From positions 25,165-89,164 of the forward strand of contig JAWKWT010000012.1 of NCBI GenBank assembly GCA_041397365.1: a stretch of DNA of 64,000 nt, read 5' to 3'. Below are positions 37,988 through 48,623 of the stretch, in pieces. Made by a program: the position numbers and the translations under genes. The stretch is from Xanthobacteraceae bacterium. Its GTDB lineage: Bacteria; Pseudomonadota; Alphaproteobacteria; Rhizobiales; Xanthobacteraceae. Numbering within the stretch: position 1 is the stretch's first letter; every line of letters starts with the position of its first letter. The notes under the pieces are model-generated. The model worked only from the letters and a program-made list of their open reading frames with translations, searched no databases and was not told the DNA's origin.

Positions 37988-38931
37988 TAGGCCAGCAGAT
38001 ACTGCTTGCCGATGATCTCGCCAAGCCGGGCGTTGTCGGCGATGAATTCGCTGATGAATTCGTGCAGTCCGCGCTGGAAGATTTCGTCCATATTCGAGTT
38101 CTCAAGCCGGTTGCGAATGCCGCGGGCATGCCGCTGCGAGGGACCCTGGCGGCCATAGGCGACGCCGATCTGGTCCAGATTGCGTACGAGATTTTCGTAG
38201 CTGCTTGCGAGCGAGCGCGGCAGCGAATTGTTGAGGATCAACAGATCTGCGATGAGCCAAGGTTTCAGCGTCTCACGATAGACCCACTGATAGGCCGTGA
38301 GCGCGGAGACCGAGCGCAGAATCGAAGTCCATTGATAGTAATCCAGCGGACCGCCGACATGTTCCGCCTCGGGCAGCAGCATGTGATATTTCACGTCGAG
38401 GATACGCGCGGTGTTGTCGGCGCGTTCCAGATGCAGGCCGAGCCGCGAGAACCAGTAGGCGTCGTTGCGCAGCATGGTCCGGTAGGCGGAGCCGTCGAAG
38501 CGCAGCGAGGTCTCCTGCACGAAAATCAGGAAGCGCGAGAGGTTGTCGCGCGTGCGCGGCCCATGCACCCAGGATTGCAATTCGATCCACGCGCCGTTGA
38601 TCGTGTCCCACATCTCGCGTGTCAGCGCGGTGCGCACCGCGCGCGAATTGATGCGGGCGTTCTCGATGCAGTTGCGGATCGAGGACGGATTCTGGCTTGA
38701 GAAAGCGAGATATTCGACGACGTTCTTCTCGTCGGCGGTCTCATACAGCTTGAAGAAGTCGTCCGCGACTCCCGCCGTGGCGAGGGCGGATTCCCATTCA
38801 TTGGTCTTGCCGACATAGGCGCTCGGCAGCGCGGTCGCGCGCAAGGTGCCGTCGATGGCGCGCGCGAGATATTCGGCGCGTTCGACATAGCGCGCGAGCC
38901 AGTACAGGTTTTCGGCGGTTCGTGACAGCAT
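37987..38931 (-). CDS. alpha-E domain protein
   Basis: MLSRTAENLYWLARYVERAEYLARAIDGTL...YWFSRLGLHLERADNTARILDVKY is typical of the alpha-E family. Confidence 0.85.
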   Translation of the reverse strand: MLSRTAENLYWLARYVERAEYLARAIDGTLRATALPSAYVGKTNEWESALATAGVADDFFKLYETADEKNVVEYLAFSSQNPSSIRNCIENARINSRAVRTALTREMWDTINGAWIELQSWVHGPRTRDNLSRFLIFVQETSLRFDGSAYRTMLRNDAYWFSRLGLHLERADNTARILDVKYHMLLPEAEHVGGPLDYYQWTSILRSVSALTAYQWVYRETLKPWLIADLLILNNSLPRSLASSYENLVRNLDQIGVAYGRQGPSQRHARGIRNRLENSNMDEIFQRGLHEFISEFIADNARLGEIIGKQYLLA

Positions 38932-38933
38932 GG

Positions 38934-40379
38934 CTAATCGTCCAGCACCCAGGTGTCTTTCGTGCCGCCGCCCTGGCTCGAATTCACCACCAGCGAGCCC
39001 TCCTTCAGCGCGACCCGCGTGAGACCGCCGGGAACCACGGCCGTTTGTTCGCGGCCTGTCAGCACGAACGGACGCAGATCGACATGCCGCGGCGCGAGAC
39101 CCTTCTCGGTGGCGATCGGGCAGGTGGACAGCGCGAGCGTCGGCTGGGCGATGAAGTGATCCGGATGGGCCTTCAGCTTGTCGCGGAAGGTCGCGATCAT
39201 CTCCCTGGTCGAGGCCGGGCCGATCAGCATGCCGTAGCCGCCCGAGCCGTGAACTTCCTTCACGACCAGTTCGCCGAGATTGTCGAGCACGTATTTGAGG
39301 TCGTCCTGCTCGCGGCAGCGCCAGGTCGGAACGTTGTTCAGGATCGGCTCCTCGCCGAGATAGAATTTCACGATCTCAGGCATGTAGCTGTAGACGGCCT
39401 TGTCGTCGGAGATGCCGGTGCCGACGGCGTTCGCCAGCGTGATGTTCCCGGCCATATAGGCCGACATCAGCCCCGGCAGGCCCAGCATCGAATCGGGGCG
39501 GAAGGCGAGGGGATCGAGGAAATCGTCGTCCAGCCGCCGGTAGATGACGTCGACGCGCTTCAGCCCCTCGGTGGTGCGCATGAACACCTCCTCGTCCTTG
39601 ACCACAAGGTCGCGGCCCTCGACCAGTTCGATGCCGAGCTTGTCGGCGAGGAACGAGTGTTCGTAATAGGCGGAGTTGTAGATGCCGGGCGTCAGCAGCG
39701 CGATGGTCGGCTCGGTCGAGGCGGTCTGCGGCGCGACAGAGCGCAGCGTGGCGAGCAGTTCGTCCGTATAATTCTCCACCGGCGCGACGCGGTGGCGGGC
39801 GAACAGGTCCGGAAACAGCCGCATCATGATTTCGCGGTTTTCCAGCATGTAGGAGACGCCGGAGGGGGTGCGCGCATTGTCCTCCAGCACGTAGAATTTT
39901 TCCGGATCGACGCGGACGATGTCGATGCCGGCGATATGGACGTAAATATCGTGCGGCACGTCCTGACCGTTCATCTCCGGGCGGAACACCGGGTTCTGGT
40001 AGATCAGGTCGTCCGGAACGATGCCGGCGCGCAGAATGTCGCGCGCATGATAGATGTCGCTGAGGAACATGTTCAGCGCCCGGGTGCGCTGCTTCAGCCC
40101 GGCCTCCAGAATCGTCCATTCCTTGCGGGAGACGATGCGGGGGATGACGTCGAACGGGATCAGCCGTTCCTGCGCCGCCGCCTCGCCATAGACCGCGAAG
40201 GTGATGCCGATCCGCCGGAACAGCAGCTCCGCCTCCTGCCGGCGATATTCCAGCGCCTCCGGCGGCGTATCCTTGAGCCAGAGCGCGATTTCCCGGTAGG
40301 CCTCGCGCAGGCCGCCGTCCGGCATGTTCATCTCGTCGAACGTAAATGCCATGCTGTCCGAGACGCCCCTGTCTGCCAT
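38934..40379 (-). CDS. circularly permuted type-2 ATP-grasp protein
   Basis: ...VVKEVHGSGGYGMLIGP...GGLTRVALKEGSLVVNSSQGGGTKDTWVL. The start could be Met10 (MAFTFDEM). Confidence 0.85.
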   Translation of the reverse strand: MADRGVSDSMAFTFDEMNMPDGGLREAYREIALWLKDTPPEALEYRRQEAELLFRRIGITFAVYGEAAAQERLIPFDVIPRIVSRKEWTILEAGLKQRTRALNMFLSDIYHARDILRAGIVPDDLIYQNPVFRPEMNGQDVPHDIYVHIAGIDIVRVDPEKFYVLEDNARTPSGVSYMLENREIMMRLFPDLFARHRVAPVENYTDELLATLRSVAPQTASTEPTIALLTPGIYNSAYYEHSFLADKLGIELVEGRDLVVKDEEVFMRTTEGLKRVDVIYRRLDDDFLDPLAFRPDSMLGLPGLMSAYMAGNITLANAVGTGISDDKAVYSYMPEIVKFYLGEEPILNNVPTWRCREQDDLKYVLDNLGELVVKEVHGSGGYGMLIGPASTREMIATFRDKLKAHPDHFIAQPTLALSTCPIATEKGLAPRHVDLRPFVLTGREQTAVVPGGLTRVALKEGSLVVNSSQGGGTKDTWVLDD

Positions 40380-40575
40380 CCGGAAGTGGATGGATCGAAG
40401 TCATGGTAGCAAGCGGCGGGCCAGCACGATATGCATGGAATGGAGGCCGTTTCGATGGGTCAAAACCACGCTCTGCCGAAATAATGAGCGGTTTTTTGCC
40501 GCCGGAATGGGCAGGGTGCGATGGTAGATCCGACGTTGCGGTGCGGTGGCCCGTGAGGTCGAGGGAGTTTGAGCG

Positions 40576-41310
40576 ATGAACGACATAGTGACGGCCGGTA
40601 TTCTGGTGATTGGAGATGAAATCCTGTCCGGCCGGACCAAGGACAAGAATATCGGTTTTATCGCCGAATATCTGACCAATATCGGCATCGACCTGAAGGA
40701 GGTCCGGGTCGTCGCCGACGACGAGGCCGATATCGTCGCCGCTCTCAACGCGCTGCGGGGACGGTACGACTATGTGTTCACCACCGGCGGCATCGGGCCG
40801 ACGCATGACGACATCACCGCCGACAGCGTGGCGAAGGCGTTCGGCGTGCCGATCAACTATCACCCGGACGTGGTCGAGCGTTTCAAGAAGCGGTTCGGCG
40901 CCGACCTCAACGAGGCGCGGCTGCGGATGGCGCGCGTGCCGGACGGCGCGGCCTTGGTGGAGAGCGCGACCATCATGGCGCCGGGCTTCTGGCTCGGCAA
41001 CGTCATCGTCATGGCGGGCGTGCCGACCATCATGCAGGCGATGATGGACATCGTCGCGCCGAAGCTGAAATCCGGCCCGCGCATGCTGTCGGAGAGCGTC
41101 AAGGCCAACGCCCGCGAAGGCGACATCGGCGGCCCGCTGCGCGAGATCGCCGAAGCGCATCCGGAAACCGTGATCGGCTCCTATCCGTTCCTCGACGAGG
41201 AGAAGAAGCCGAACACCAATCTCGTCGTGCGCTCGCGCGACCCCGACAAACTGCGCGCGGCGATGGACGCGGTGCAGGCGATGCTCGCGACGATCAAGAC
41301 CGTGCGGTGA
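40576..41310 (+). CDS. CinA-like molybdopterin-binding (MoCF biosynthesis) domain protein
   Basis: [27 protein letters not shown]...[19 protein letters not shown]. Confidence 0.85.
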   Translation: MNDIVTAGILVIGDEILSGRTKDKNIGFIAEYLTNIGIDLKEVRVVADDEADIVAALNALRGRYDYVFTTGGIGPTHDDITADSVAKAFGVPINYHPDVVERFKKRFGADLNEARLRMARVPDGAALVESATIMAPGFWLGNVIVMAGVPTIMQAMMDIVAPKLKSGPRMLSESVKANAREGDIGGPLREIAEAHPETVIGSYPFLDEEKKPNTNLVVRSRDPDKLRAAMDAVQAMLATIKTVR

Positions 41311-41329
41311 CGATGGGATCATCTCTGTC

Positions 41330-41839
41330 GTGAGTGCGTCCGCGCCCCCGCCTGAAAAAGTGTTTCCCGTCTCCTGGGAGCAGTTTCATCGCGACTGCCG
41401 CGCGCTGACGTGGCGGCTGAACGGCCTCGGGCCGTTCGCGGCGGTGATCGGCATCACCCGCGGCGGGCTCGTGCCGGCGACGATCGTTGCGCGAGAACTC
41501 GGCGTGCGGATCATCGATACGGTCTGCGTCGTCAGCTACGATCACCAGACGCGCGGCGAATTGCGGCTGCTGAAAGGCGTGTCCGATTCAACGATGAAAC
41601 TCGGCGAGGGGACGGGCAAGGGGCTGTTGATCGTCGACGACCTCGTCGACACCGGCAAGACCGCGCGCGTCGTCCGCGACCTCTTGCCGGACGCACATTT
41701 CGCCACCGTCTATGCGAAGCCGATGGGCAAGCCGCTGGTCGATACGTTCATTACGGAAGTGTCGCAGGACACCTGGATTTATTTTCCGTGGGATACCGGA
41801 CTCGCCTTCCAGCCGCCGCTCCGCGACGGCGCGGCGTAG
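41330..41839 (+). CDS. gpt: xanthine-guanine phosphoribosyltransferase
   Basis: [17 protein letters not shown]...[18 protein letters not shown]...[14 protein letters not shown] (PRPP motif)...WIYFPWD. GTG start. Confidence 0.9.
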   Translation: MSASAPPPEKVFPVSWEQFHRDCRALTWRLNGLGPFAAVIGITRGGLVPATIVARELGVRIIDTVCVVSYDHQTRGELRLLKGVSDSTMKLGEGTGKGLLIVDDLVDTGKTARVVRDLLPDAHFATVYAKPMGKPLVDTFITEVSQDTWIYFPWDTGLAFQPPLRDGAA

Positions 41840-41881
41840 CCTTCATCGCCATTTTCAAACAAGAAAAGCAGGGAGGAACCA

Positions 41882-42499
41882 ATGATTATCGAAATGCGCA
41901 CCTATACGCTGAAGCCGGGCTCGATTCCCGAACTGGAGAAGCGTTTCGCCGACGCTTTGCCCGCGCGCGAAAAACATTCCAAGCTGGCTGCGTTCTGGCA
42001 CACCGAGATCGGTCCGCTCAACCAGGTCGTCCACATCTGGCCCTATGAGAGTTTCGAGCAGCGCCTCGCCATCCGCGCCGCCGCCGTGAAGGACGGAAGC
42101 TGGCCGCCGAAGATTTCCGAATTCTGCATCGACCAGCAGAGCGAAATCCTGCTGCCCGCGCCGTTCTCGCCGAAACTGGAGCCGCGCGATGTCGGTCCGA
42201 TGTTCGAGATCAGGCAATACACGCTTCAGGGCGGCGCGATTCCGGGACTGATCGAGCGTTGGTCATCGAAGATCGAGGAGCGGCAGACGCATTCGCCGCT
42301 GGTCGGCGCCTGGTATTCGGAGGTCGGCACGCTCAACAAATGGGTGCATATCTGGGCCTATAAGGACATGAACCAGCGTTTCAGCGCGCGTCAGGCCGCC
42401 GCTGCCGGCGGCAACTGGCCGGCGAAAAATCCGCCGGGCGTGGTGCTGAAGATGGAGAATGCGCTGGTGATGCCGGCGGCGTTCTCGCCGATCAGGTGA
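41882..42499 (+). CDS. NIPSNAP family protein (two NIPSNAP repeats)
   Basis: MIIEMRTYTLKPGSIPELEKRF...NQVVHIWPYESFEQR, repeated as FEIRQYTLQGGAIPGLIERW...NKWVHIWAYKDMNQR. Confidence 0.85.
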   Translation: MIIEMRTYTLKPGSIPELEKRFADALPAREKHSKLAAFWHTEIGPLNQVVHIWPYESFEQRLAIRAAAVKDGSWPPKISEFCIDQQSEILLPAPFSPKLEPRDVGPMFEIRQYTLQGGAIPGLIERWSSKIEERQTHSPLVGAWYSEVGTLNKWVHIWAYKDMNQRFSARQAAAAGGNWPAKNPPGVVLKMENALVMPAAFSPIR

Positions 42500-42584
42500 A
42501 ATCGGCGCGAAGGCCGCGGCGTCCGCGCGCGCATGCGGAAATTGCGGCGTGAAGCCGCGACAGACAAGAGCAAGAGAGAGCATC

Positions 42585-42797
42585 ATGGACCGGGACGTCG
42601 CGGAAAAATCATGCCGGATGGTCGAGGAGATCGTCGAGAAGCTGGAAGCATTCGCCGCCTACGCGCACGAGCACGGCGCGGGCGACAGCGCGCGCCAGGC
42701 GGTCGGCGTCTGCATCGCGGAGCTGGACATGGAGATTCTCGAACCGATCTATGAGCGCTTCCCGGACCTGATGCCGGATGTGCCGGAGGAGGGTTGA
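42585..42797 (+). CDS. hypothetical small acidic protein
   Basis: MDRDVAEKSCRMVEEIVEKLEAFAAYAHEHG... within ORF 42549..42797. No recognisable family. Confidence 0.45.
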   Translation: MDRDVAEKSCRMVEEIVEKLEAFAAYAHEHGAGDSARQAVGVCIAELDMEILEPIYERFPDLMPDVPEEG

Positions 42798-42807
42798 GCC
42801 GCCGGAC

Positions 42808-43293
42808 TCATGAGCCGGCGGCGGCTCCGGTCGAATTCGGCGTCGGCTTGTCCCGCCAGCGGTTGACGATCCACAACGCCCCCCATGATCCCCAGACGGT
42901 GGCGAGCATCGTGACGGCAAGAGCGATAAAGAGCAGCGGGCCTCCCGTGGCGGCCAGCGACCCGTTCATCTCCACGAACGGACTGAGCAGCATGAGGACG
43001 ATCATGAAAATCATGCCGCCGATCTGGGCGCCGAAAAAGGCGCCGACGAACGACACGACGATATTCACGATCCAGCCGAACACGCCTCGCTTCTTCGTCC
43101 AGGCCTCGTGAATTCCGACCGCCATCGCGGCGGCGAAAAAAGCGAGCGCGAGCGTCATCGGCCCGCCGACGCTGGACAGCGGCACCGCGCCGCTCGCCTG
43201 GAGGAGCATGATGCCGATGACGGCAATCAGTGAGATGTATATCATGAGGTCCGCCCGTGCCGGCCTGTTGACGGCGTGAGTGTTGAAATCCAT
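42808..43293 (-). CDS. hypothetical integral membrane protein (4 TM)
   Basis: LMIYISLIAVIGIMLLQ, MTLALAFFAAAMAVGI, GWIVNIVVSFVGAFFGAQIGGMIFMIVLMLL, LLFIALAVTMLATVWGSWGALWIV. Confidence 0.7.
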   Translation of the reverse strand: MDFNTHAVNRPARADLMIYISLIAVIGIMLLQASGAVPLSSVGGPMTLALAFFAAAMAVGIHEAWTKKRGVFGWIVNIVVSFVGAFFGAQIGGMIFMIVLMLLSPFVEMNGSLAATGGPLLFIALAVTMLATVWGSWGALWIVNRWRDKPTPNSTGAAAGS

Positions 43294-43500
43294 GTCGTTG
43301 AAATTCGTGTCGTCGAAATGCCCTGTCTTCGTCCGGTTTCAGTCAAGGACCGTCCGCAGGTTTAAGTCGCAGCTCCCGCCAAAACGTTCATCGGCTGCCC
43401 CGAACGGGACTTCCCGAACGCCAATAAATTTGCATAATCGGGTGCAAGTTCACTCGCATCCGGCCCCGAATGCCGGAGCGGTTCGCAAGGGGAAACGCGC

Positions 43501-45765
43501 ATGACGTCACGATTCCAGGGCCGCATCGGCCGTACCGTCTACGAATCCACGCCGCATTGGCCGGAAATGAAGAAGCCGCGCGACGGCGCGCCGAATGTGG
43601 TGATTCTGCTGTTCGACGACCTCGGCTTCGCCCATCTCGGCTGCTATGGCTCCTCGATCGCGACGCCGAACATCGACAGGCTGGCCGCCGGCGGCCTGCG
43701 CTTCTCGAATTTCCACACCACGGCGCTGTGCTCGCCGACGCGCGCGGCGCTGCTCACCGGCTGCAACCACCATTCGGTCGGCATGCGCGGCCTCGCCAAC
43801 TGGAACACCGGCTATCCGAACTGCACCGGCACTGTCTCCAAGAGCGCGGCGACGCTGGCCGAAGTGCTGCGGCCGAACGGCTATTCGAGCTTCGCGGTCG
43901 GCAAATGGCATCTGACGCCGATGGAGCAGACTTCGCCCGCGGGGCCGTTCGATCAATGGCCGCTCGCGCGCGGCTTCGACCGTTTCTACGGCTTCATGGA
44001 AGGCGAGACCGATCAGTGGCATCCGGACCTCACCAGCGACAATCATCCGGTGCAGCCGCCGAAGACGCCGGAGGAAGGCTATCACCTGTCGGAGGATCTG
44101 GTCGATCAGGCGATCGGCATGGTGCGCGCGCAGAAGATCGCGGTCGCCGCAAAGCCGTTCTTTCTCTATTTGTGCTTCGGCGCGACGCATGCGCCGCATC
44201 AGGCCCCGAAGGAGTACATCGACAAGTACCGCGGAAAATTCGACGCGGGCTGGGATGTCGTGCGTCAGCAATGGTACGAGCGGCAGAAGCAGCTCGGCAT
44301 CATTCCGGAAGGCACCGAGCTTGCGCCGCGCAATCCGGGTGTCGAGGCGTGGGCCGATCTGTCCGACGACGAGAAGACGCTGGCGCTGCGCTTGCAGGAA
44401 GCCTTCGCCGGCTTCCTCGAACACACCGATGCGCAAATCGGTCGGCTGATGGACTACCTCGAAAAGTCCGGCCAACTGGACAACACGCTGTTCATCCTGA
44501 TGTCCGACAACGGCGCGAGCCAGGAAGGCGGCCCGCGCGGCATGGTCGATTATTCGCGCTACTTCAACGGCCGTCCCGAGCAGCTCTCCGAAAGCATGGC
44601 GCGGCTCGACGACATCGGCACGCCGCGCGGCTTCAACAATTATCCGTGGGGCTGGGCGCAGGTCGGCAATACGCCGGGCAAGCGCTATAAGCAGAATACC
44701 CATGGCGGCGGCATCCGCGATCCGCTGATCGTGCACTGGCCGAAAGGCATCGACGACAGAGGCGGCATCCGGCACCAGTTCCACCATGTCACCGACATTG
44801 CGCCGACCGTGATCGAGATCGTCGGCGCGACGCGCCCGGATACGGTCAACGGTGTTGTGCAGATGCCGTCGCATGGGACGAGCCTCGCCTATTCGTTCCC
44901 GCGCGAGGCTGCGAAAACGCCGACGCACAAGCATGTGCAGTATTTCGAGATGTTCGGCCATCGCGGCATCTGGGCCGACGGCTGGAAGGCGGTGACCTAT
45001 CACGAGCCGGACACGCCGTTCGATAGCGACGTGTGGGAGCTTTATCATCTCGACAAGGACTTCTCCGAATGCCGCGATCTGGCGCAGGAAAATCCGGCGA
45101 AGCTGAAGGAGCTGATCGATATGTGGTGGATCGAGGCGGGCCGCAACGGCGTGCTGCCGCTCGACGACCGCCGCGCGGAACTCTGGCGCGCGACCACGAG
45201 CTGGGGCGATCCGCGCAACAAGGAGCGCTACGTCTACCATCCGCCGGTGGAGGAAATCCGCATGTCCACCGCGCCGTCGATGGGCAACCGCACCTTCAAG
45301 ATCACCGCCGATATCGAACGCGACCGCGCCGACACGCAAGGGTGCATCGTCACCTTCGGCGACGGCCGCAGCGGCTTTGCGCTCTATGTGCTGAAGGACC
45401 GGCTGGTGTTCGACTACAATCTGTTCGGCGAGCACCTGAAGGCGGTGTCGAGCAAGCCGCTGCCGACGGGCAAGGTCAAGGTCGGCGTGCTGCTGGAACG
45501 GCTCGGCCGCGTCGGCCGCGCCAGCGTGCTGATCGACGGAGAAAGCTGCGGCAGCGTGGACATCGCGTTTCTCGTGCGGCGGCATTCCGGCGGCAACCTC
45601 AATATCGGACGCGACGAGGGAATCGCCGTCAGCGACGATTATTCCGCGCCGTTCGAATTCGAGGGGCAGATCAGTGAAGTGGTGATCGATCTGCCGGTGC
45701 AGTCGCCGAAACAGGCCAAGCAGGCGGCGCAGGCCGACCTGGATGTCGCCCTCGCGCGGCAATAG
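43501..45765 (+). CDS. arylsulfatase (Cys-type, formylglycine-dependent) with an extended C-terminal domain
   Basis: PNVVILLFDDLGFAHLGCYGS...TTALCSPTRAALLTG is the sulfatase signature C-x-P-x-R. Confidence 0.9.
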   Translation: MTSRFQGRIGRTVYESTPHWPEMKKPRDGAPNVVILLFDDLGFAHLGCYGSSIATPNIDRLAAGGLRFSNFHTTALCSPTRAALLTGCNHHSVGMRGLANWNTGYPNCTGTVSKSAATLAEVLRPNGYSSFAVGKWHLTPMEQTSPAGPFDQWPLARGFDRFYGFMEGETDQWHPDLTSDNHPVQPPKTPEEGYHLSEDLVDQAIGMVRAQKIAVAAKPFFLYLCFGATHAPHQAPKEYIDKYRGKFDAGWDVVRQQWYERQKQLGIIPEGTELAPRNPGVEAWADLSDDEKTLALRLQEAFAGFLEHTDAQIGRLMDYLEKSGQLDNTLFILMSDNGASQEGGPRGMVDYSRYFNGRPEQLSESMARLDDIGTPRGFNNYPWGWAQVGNTPGKRYKQNTHGGGIRDPLIVHWPKGIDDRGGIRHQFHHVTDIAPTVIEIVGATRPDTVNGVVQMPSHGTSLAYSFPREAAKTPTHKHVQYFEMFGHRGIWADGWKAVTYHEPDTPFDSDVWELYHLDKDFSECRDLAQENPAKLKELIDMWWIEAGRNGVLPLDDRRAELWRATTSWGDPRNKERYVYHPPVEEIRMSTAPSMGNRTFKITADIERDRADTQGCIVTFGDGRSGFALYVLKDRLVFDYNLFGEHLKAVSSKPLPTGKVKVGVLLERLGRVGRASVLIDGESCGSVDIAFLVRRHSGGNLNIGRDEGIAVSDDYSAPFEFEGQISEVVIDLPVQSPKQAKQAAQADLDVALARQ

Positions 45766-45883
45766 AAGTCTCAGGCGGTTTGTCGTAAGACGGTTCTCTG
45801 GTACGGAGCGGGATGAACTCACGCTCCGGCCATGAAGCCGTCATGACCGGCGCAGACAAAAGATAAGAATGGAAACGCGACCC

Positions 45884-46498
45884 ATGATCGAGATGTTTTT
45901 CGACTGCTCCAGCCCCTGGACCTATCTGGCGTTCAACAACATCCAGCCGATCGCCAAGCAATTCAATGTGCCGATCACCTGGCGGCCGGTGCTGGTGGGC
46001 GGGATTTTCAACGCGGTCAACCAGAACGTCTACAACAACCGCAACGCCCCCGTGCCGGCGAAGCAGGCCTATAGCAAGAAGGACATGCAGGACTGGGCGC
46101 GCTTCTCCGGCATCAAGATCAAGCATCCGCCGACCGTGTTCCCGGTGAATGCGGTGAAGTCGATGCGCGGCTGCATCTTCCTCGACCGCGAGGGCAAGCT
46201 GCTGCCGTTCGCGACCGCGTGCTTCGAAGCCTATTGGGGCGACGACAAGGACATCTCCAAGGACGAGGTGCTGTCGGAGATCTGCCAGAAGATCGGCGTC
46301 GATCCGCAGAAGTTTCTGGCCGGCATCACCGAGCAGTCGGTCAAGGACCAGCTCAAGGCCAACACCGACGAGGTGATCGCGCGCGGCGGCTACGGTTCGC
46401 CGACGATGTTCGTCGACAAGACCGACATGTATTTCGGCAACGACCGCCTGCCGCTGCTGAAGGAGGCGCTGGCGCGCAAGCTCGGCGCGCAGGCCTGA
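45884..46498 (+). CDS. 2-hydroxychromene-2-carboxylate isomerase / DsbA-like family protein
   Basis: MIEMFFDCSSPWTYLAFNNI...GGYGSPTMFVDKTDMYFGNDRL. An alternative ATG is at 45869. Confidence 0.85.
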   Translation: MIEMFFDCSSPWTYLAFNNIQPIAKQFNVPITWRPVLVGGIFNAVNQNVYNNRNAPVPAKQAYSKKDMQDWARFSGIKIKHPPTVFPVNAVKSMRGCIFLDREGKLLPFATACFEAYWGDDKDISKDEVLSEICQKIGVDPQKFLAGITEQSVKDQLKANTDEVIARGGYGSPTMFVDKTDMYFGNDRLPLLKEALARKLGAQA

Positions 46499-46597
46499 GC
46501 GACACTTTTCGCCGGAGCTATTTGAACGAGCTGCGACGGTTGTCTGTCGACATGCCGTCGCTGCCTTGCGTTTCGATACACACAAAAAGGAATGAGA

Positions 46598-47572
46598 ATG
46601 CCAAGAGCCGTCGTCGTCCGCGAACTGGGTGAACCGGAAGCGCTGCATCTGGAGGAATTCGAGAGCCAGCCGCTGAAGGCCGGCGAGGTGCGCGTCAAGG
46701 TGCGGGCGGCCGGACTGAATTATCCGGACGTGCTGATGATTGCCGGAAAATACCAGCACAAGCCGCCGCTGCCTTTCGTGCCCGGCATGGAAGCTGCCGG
46801 CGACGTGACCGAGATCGCGAAGGACGTGACCGAGTTCAAGGTCGGCGACCGCGTGATGGTGAAGCCGCGGCAGGGCAGCTACACCGAAGAGATCATTTCG
46901 GTGCCGGAAGACCTGAAGCTGATGCCGGCCCCGTTCGACTACGCGCAGGGCGCGACGTTCTTCGCGGGCCACGGCACCGCCTATTATTCGATCGTCGATC
47001 GCGCACGGATCCAGCCCGGCGAAACGCTGCTGGTGCATGGCGCGGCGGGCGGCGTCGGCCTTGCGACCGTCGAACTCGGCAAAGCCTATGGCGCGAAGGT
47101 GATCGCCATCGCCTCGACGCCGGAGAAACTCGCGGTCGCCAAAGCGCGCGGCGCGGACCATGTGCTGCTGTCGGGCGAGTCGTTCCGCGAGAAGGTGAAG
47201 GAATTCACCGACGGGCGCGGCGCGGATGTGGTGTTCGATCCGGTCGGCGGGCCGTCGTTCGAGGAAAGCCTGCGCTGCATCAATTGGGGCGCACGCATCT
47301 GCGTGGTCGGCTTCCTGCAAGGCGTCGGTCTGGCGAAGACCAACCTCGTGCTCATCAAGAATGCGAGCGTGCTCGGCATTCGCGCCGGCGAAGCGATGCG
47401 CCGCGATCCGTCGCTGGCCGGTCCACGTATGCGCGACCTGATGCGGCTGGCGGAGGAAGGCAAGATTTCGCCGAACATCTCGCACCGCCTGCCGCTGGAG
47501 CGCTGGGCGGAGGCGATGCGGCTGCTGATGAACCGGCAGGCGATCGGCCGCGTCGTGCTGGAGATGAGTTAG
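46598..47572 (+). CDS. NADPH:quinone oxidoreductase (zinc-type MDR family)
   Basis: MPRAVVVRELGEPEALHLEEF...GLNYPDVLMIAGKYQ...LLVHGAAGGVGLATVELGKAYGAKV. Confidence 0.88.
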   Translation: MPRAVVVRELGEPEALHLEEFESQPLKAGEVRVKVRAAGLNYPDVLMIAGKYQHKPPLPFVPGMEAAGDVTEIAKDVTEFKVGDRVMVKPRQGSYTEEIISVPEDLKLMPAPFDYAQGATFFAGHGTAYYSIVDRARIQPGETLLVHGAAGGVGLATVELGKAYGAKVIAIASTPEKLAVAKARGADHVLLSGESFREKVKEFTDGRGADVVFDPVGGPSFEESLRCINWGARICVVGFLQGVGLAKTNLVLIKNASVLGIRAGEAMRRDPSLAGPRMRDLMRLAEEGKISPNISHRLPLERWAEAMRLLMNRQAIGRVVLEMS

Positions 47573-47738
47573 GCCGTTGGAGCCTGGTCCTTACGAAAGG
47601 CTCGCTCTCTCGCACCGATGTCGCCCCCGCAAAAGCGGGGGCCAGTAATCAACGGCGTTGTCTGAACAACGAGACTTTGCATGTACTGGATGCCCGCTTT
47701 CGCGGGCATGACAGCGACGGACTCCGGCTCCTTCCGCC

Positions 47739-48623
47739 TCACTCGTATTTCGGTTCCTCCCACCACGGGAAATAGGACGGCATGTTCTTCGACACGGTGT
47801 CGGGGAATTGCGGCGGGCGCTTTTCGAGGAACGAACGCGAGCCCTCGCGCGAGTCGCCGGAGAGGCTGCGCGAATAGACGCCGCGGCTGTCGAGCTTGTG
47901 CCCTTCCATCGGATGGTTCGCGCCGAGCATGCGCCACAGCATCTGCCGCGTCAGCGCGATCGAAACCGGCGATGTGTTGTCGGCGATCTCGCGGGCAAGG
48001 GCGCGCGCATGCGGAATCAGATCGTCCGGCGGCAGGATCTTGCTTACGAGGCCGCCTTCCAGCGCCTCCTGCGCCGGAAACACGCGGCCCGTATAGGTCC
48101 ATTCGAGCGCCTTGGCGATGCCGACCACGCGCGGCAGGAACCAGCTCGAACAGGCTTCGGGCACGATTCCGCGCCGCGCGAAGACGAAGCCGTAGCGTGC
48201 GGTCTCCGAGGCGAGGCGGATATCCATCGCAAGCTGCATCGTCACGCCGACGCCGACGGCCGGGCCATTGCAGGCGGCGATGATCGGCTTGAGGCACTGG
48301 AAGATGCGCAGCGTCAACTTGCCGCCGCCGTCGCGCACGGCCTCGTCGGTCCACTCCGGCTCGCCGTTCGGCCGCAGCGGCGCGACCGGCCGCCCCGATT
48401 TGGCGCGATCGAAGCCGCTCGAAATGTCGGCGCCGGCGCAGAAGGCGCGGCCTGCGCCGGTGACGATGATCGCCCGCACATTGTCGTCCTTGTCGGCGCG
48501 GTCGAAACAGTCGATCAGCTCCGGCACCATGCCGGTGGTGAAGGCATTGAGCTTTTCGGGGCGGTTGAGCGTGATCGTCAGGATGTTGTCCTGAACGTCA
48601 TAAAGTACGGTTTCGTAGGCCAT
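47739..48623 (-). CDS. enoyl-CoA hydratase/isomerase family protein
   Basis: MAYETVLYDVQDNILTITLNRPEKLNAF...IIVTGAGRAFCAGADI. GAGGGA lies before ATG 48623. Confidence 0.9.
   Translation of the reverse strand: MAYETVLYDVQDNILTITLNRPEKLNAFTTGMVPELIDCFDRADKDDNVRAIIVTGAGRAFCAGADISSGFDRAKSGRPVAPLRPNGEPEWTDEAVRDGGGKLTLRIFQCLKPIIAACNGPAVGVGVTMQLAMDIRLASETARYGFVFARRGIVPEACSSWFLPRVVGIAKALEWTYTGRVFPAQEALEGGLVSKILPPDDLIPHARALAREIADNTSPVSIALTRQMLWRMLGANHPMEGHKLDSRGVYSRSLSGDSREGSRSFLEKRPPQFPDTVSKNMPSYFPWWEEPKYE

Noticed and set aside
43507-45822. Very long antisense ORFs opposite real genes (for example 43507..45822, 50654..53344, 8867..10924, 5518..7464, 32036..33874, 45671..47485)
   Set aside because: These are typical shadow ORFs of high-GC DNA. 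The translations are Arg/Ala/His-rich with no family motifs, while the opposite strand encodes clearly recognisable proteins (sulfatase, histidine kinase, MoeA/MocA, MoxR/VWA, EmrB).
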